DNA of 63,977 bases, filler included, from Octopus bimaculoides (lineage: Eukaryota): the NCBI RefSeq assembly GCF_001194135.2. It is 5 parts of 5 records of this genome, joined end to end, with 100 filler letters (N's around TTAATTAATTAA, not from the genome) between each part and the next. Parts side by side here need not be neighbours in the genome. Positions count along the whole stretch, not along the records: positions 60,720 to 62,846 come from NW_026368569.1; positions 62,947 to 63,977 come from NW_026431054.1; 3 more parts are not named here. One strand, given 5' to 3'. Below the pieces are notes generated by a model. The model worked only from the letters and a program-made list of their open reading frames with translations. It was not told the origin of the DNA and made no database searches. Shown one piece after another: positions 61,215-63,977 of the stretch. A program made the translations under genes and the position numbers. How positions within the stretch are numbered: the first letter of the stretch is position 1; each line of letters starts with the position of its first letter.

Positions 61215-62846
61215 TCCAGACTGGTTGGCTCTGGCGGAAACAAAGCTTGTTCCGAAAAGCAAGGAAACCCAATTGGCAAAAAATTACAGGCCTATTGCAT
61301 GCCAAAATTTAATGTACAAGATTTATACAGCATGCCTAAACAGATTCCTCCAGGACCACTGTGAAAACAATAGTATAATCACAGCTGAACAAGCAGCTGG
61401 GAAGAAAGGAGTCTGGGGATGTACTGAACAACTACTTATAAATAAGGTAGTAATGACGGNNNNNNNNNNNNNNNNNNNNNNNNNNNNNNNNNNNNNNNNN
61501 NNNNNNNNNNNNNNNNNNNNNNNNNNNNNNNNNNNNNNNNNNNNNNNNNNNNNNNNNNNNNNNNNNNNNNNNNNNNNNNNNNNNNNNNNNNNNNNNNNNN
61601 NNNNNNNNNNNNNNNNNNNNNNNNNNNNNNNNNNNNNNNNNNNNNNNNNNNNNNNNNNNNNNNNNNNNNNNNNNNNNNNNNNNNNNNNNNNNNNNNNNNN
61701 NNNNNNNNNNNNNNNNNNNNNNNNNNNNNNNNNNNNNNNNNNNNNNNNNNNNNNNNNNNNNNNNNNNNNNNNNNNNNNNNNNNNNNNNNNNNNNNNNNNN
61801 NNNNNNNNNNNNNNNNNNNNNNNNNNNNNNNNNNNNNNNNNNNNNNNNNNNNNNNNNNNNNNNNNNNNNNNNNNNNNNNNNNNNNNNNNNNNNNNNNNNN
61901 NNNNNNNNNNNNNNNNNNNNNNNNNNNNNNNNNNNNNNNNNNNNNNNNNNNNNNNNNNNNNNNNNNNNNNNNNNNNNNNNNNNNNNNNNNNNNNNNNNNN
62001 NNNNNNNNNNNNNNNNNNNNNNNNNNNNNNNNNNNNNNNNNNNNNNNNNNNNNNNNNNNNNNNNNNNNNNNNNNNNNNNNNNNNNNNNNNNNNNNNNNNN
62101 NNNNNNNNNNNNNNNNNNNNNNNNNNNNNNNNNNNNNNNNNNNNNNNNNNNNNNNNNNNNNNNNNNNNNNNNNNNNNNNNNNNNNNNNNNNNNNNNNNNN
62201 NNNNNNNNNGTAGATGAAAACGTATCATATGAAGGTACTTGTAACAAGGAACGTGTTACTAAGGAATACAGAAATCGGGTTAGGAAAATATGGACCTCGG
62301 AACTCTCTGCGTTCAATAAAGCAATAGCCCACAATATGTTTGCAGTACCAGTACTCGTACCGACATTCGGGATACTTGACTGGACGATCGATGAAATCCG
62401 AGCCCTTGATGTGAAGACCTGGAAAATACTAACGAGCACGAACAACTTTCACATCAATAGCGATGTAGACCGCCTATACCTAAAACGAAATAAAGGAGGG
62501 AGGGGCCTAACATCAGTTCAGACTGCCTTTGAATACCGTGTCATATCTCTTTGACATCATCTCATAACCACCAAGTGTCGAAGTGTACGCCTTGATGAAG
62601 TCTGCAGACATGAGGTAAATACCATCATGAGATTCGGAAGGCAACTACTTGACAAGTATTCCTTATTCGACAACCCTGAACTCTTACCCAAAGAAATTGC
62701 AAGACTCTACTGTAACATAACATCAGAGGAGAGGATGAATGCATTCCAGCAGAAGACCGTGCATGGATACGTTAACAGAAAGCTCTAGGGTGATAGCAAC
62801 ATTGACAACCAGAACAGTCTATCGTGGACAAACAATCGGGTCACCA
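61215..62846 (+). mobile_element. RLE-type LINE reverse transcriptase fragment spanning an N gap
   Basis: PDWLALAETKLVPK, NYRPIACQNLMYKIYT and EQAAGKKGVWGCTEQLLINK; after the gap, SDVDRLYLKRNKGGRGLTSV. Confidence 0.92.
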
Positions 62847-62947
62847 NNNNNNNNNNNNNNNNNNNNNNNNNNNNNNNNNNNNNNNNNNNNTTAATTAATT
62901 AANNNNNNNNNNNNNNNNNNNNNNNNNNNNNNNNNNNNNNNNNNNNT

Positions 62948-63977
62948 GACCAAGTTAGTAGTGGGGGTGGGTGCGCTGAAAGTGTAGCTGCTACAACAAG
63001 AATAGCCTGGGCAAAGTTCAGAGAGCTCTTATCTCTGCTGGCAACAAAGGGCCTCTCACTCAGAATAAAAGGCAGACTGTATGATGCATGTGTACGAACA
63101 GCCATGCTACATGGCAGTGAAACATGGGCTGTGACTGCTGAGGACATGCGTAAGCTCGCAAGGAATGAAGCCAGTATGCTCCGATTGATGAGTAATGTCA
63201 GTGTGCATACCCGACAAAGTGTAAGTATCTTGAGAGAAAAGCTGAACATAAGAAGCATCAGTTGTGGTGTGCAAGAGAGACCATTGCGCTGGTATGGACA
63301 CGTGGCAAGAATGGATGATGATAGCTGTGTGAAAAAGTGCCACACCCTAGTGGTTGAGGGAACCCGTGGAAGAGGCAAGCCCAGGAAGACCTAGGATGAG
63401 GTGGTGAAGCACGACCTCCAAACATTAGACCTCATCAAGGCAATGACTTGTGACCAAGACCTTTGGAAATATGCTGTGCGTGAGAAGACCGGGCAAGCCA
63501 AGTGAGACCAAAATCCAAGGCCTCTGCCAAGGATGTAGCCAGCCCACTTACGCGTAACATTCCTTCATTGGACACTAAACTCCGCTTGCGAAGACCTGTT
63601 GAGGCAAGTGAAATCGAAATCGAATTAAATTTGTAGACTGGCACCAATGCCAAAGTCTCTTCATAGAGCACTAAACTCGGCTTGCGAAGACCTGTTGGGG
63701 CAAGCGAAAGCGAAATCGTGATGACACTTGTACCAGTACATCACAAAGAGCACCGTCCGAGCGTGATCGATGCCAGAGCACCAGCTGTCTAGCTTCCATG
63801 CCGGTGGCACATAAATAGCACCATTTGGGAGTGATCGTTACCAATGTCGCCTTCCTGCCACTTGTGCCAGTGGCACGTGAAAAGACATTCGAGCAAGTTT
63901 GTTGCAGTTCTGCTGGACTGGCTCCTATGCAGGTGGCACGTAAAATACACCATTTCAAGCGTGGCCATTGCCAGTAC
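62948..63977 (+). mobile_element. RTE LINE ORF C-terminus and 3' UTR
   Basis: AWAKFRELLSLL...KGRLYDACVRTAMLHGSETW...RWYGHVARM...GRGKPRKT*, then a repeated-unit UTR. Confidence 0.92.

Overview
AT-rich, microsatellite-dense, gapped animal genomic DNA. The repeat content (tRNA-derived SINEs, RTE and RLE-type LINE debris, Tc1/mariner relics) looks like an octopus genome; that is inferred from recognising the repeats, not from a search. The main feature is largely missed by the ORF track: a minus-strand, multi-exon TBK1/IKKepsilon-like Ser/Thr kinase gene. I assembled 12 consecutive phase-compatible GT-AG exons by hand, from ATG 49606 to 26882 (1670 nt, about 556 codons). They cover the kinase domain, the ubiquitin-like domain and the first part of the scaffold/dimerisation domain (SDD). 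Two probable 3' exons lie at 19934-19991 and 16311-16489. About 100 codons of the SDD could not be found; they probably fall in an artificial 100-bp scaffold join (44 N + TTAATTAATTAA + 44 N) at 25116-25215. The kinase keeps K/E/HRD/DFG and the S172-equivalent, but has unusual changes in the Gly-loop, gatekeeper, catalytic loop and ubiquitination sites. The gene body is sharply CpG-depleted and packed with young inverted RTE tails. A 26-bp palindrome-bearing minisatellite sits about 0.8 kb 5' of the start codon. I found no convincing wholly new biological system. The best leads are the divergent kinase, its dsRNA-prone introns, a 40-bp hairpin at 468-549 and a PHD-finger-bearing RTE LINE. Most long ORFs in the supplied track are N-gap or microsatellite artefacts. 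Transposon coordinates are approximate.
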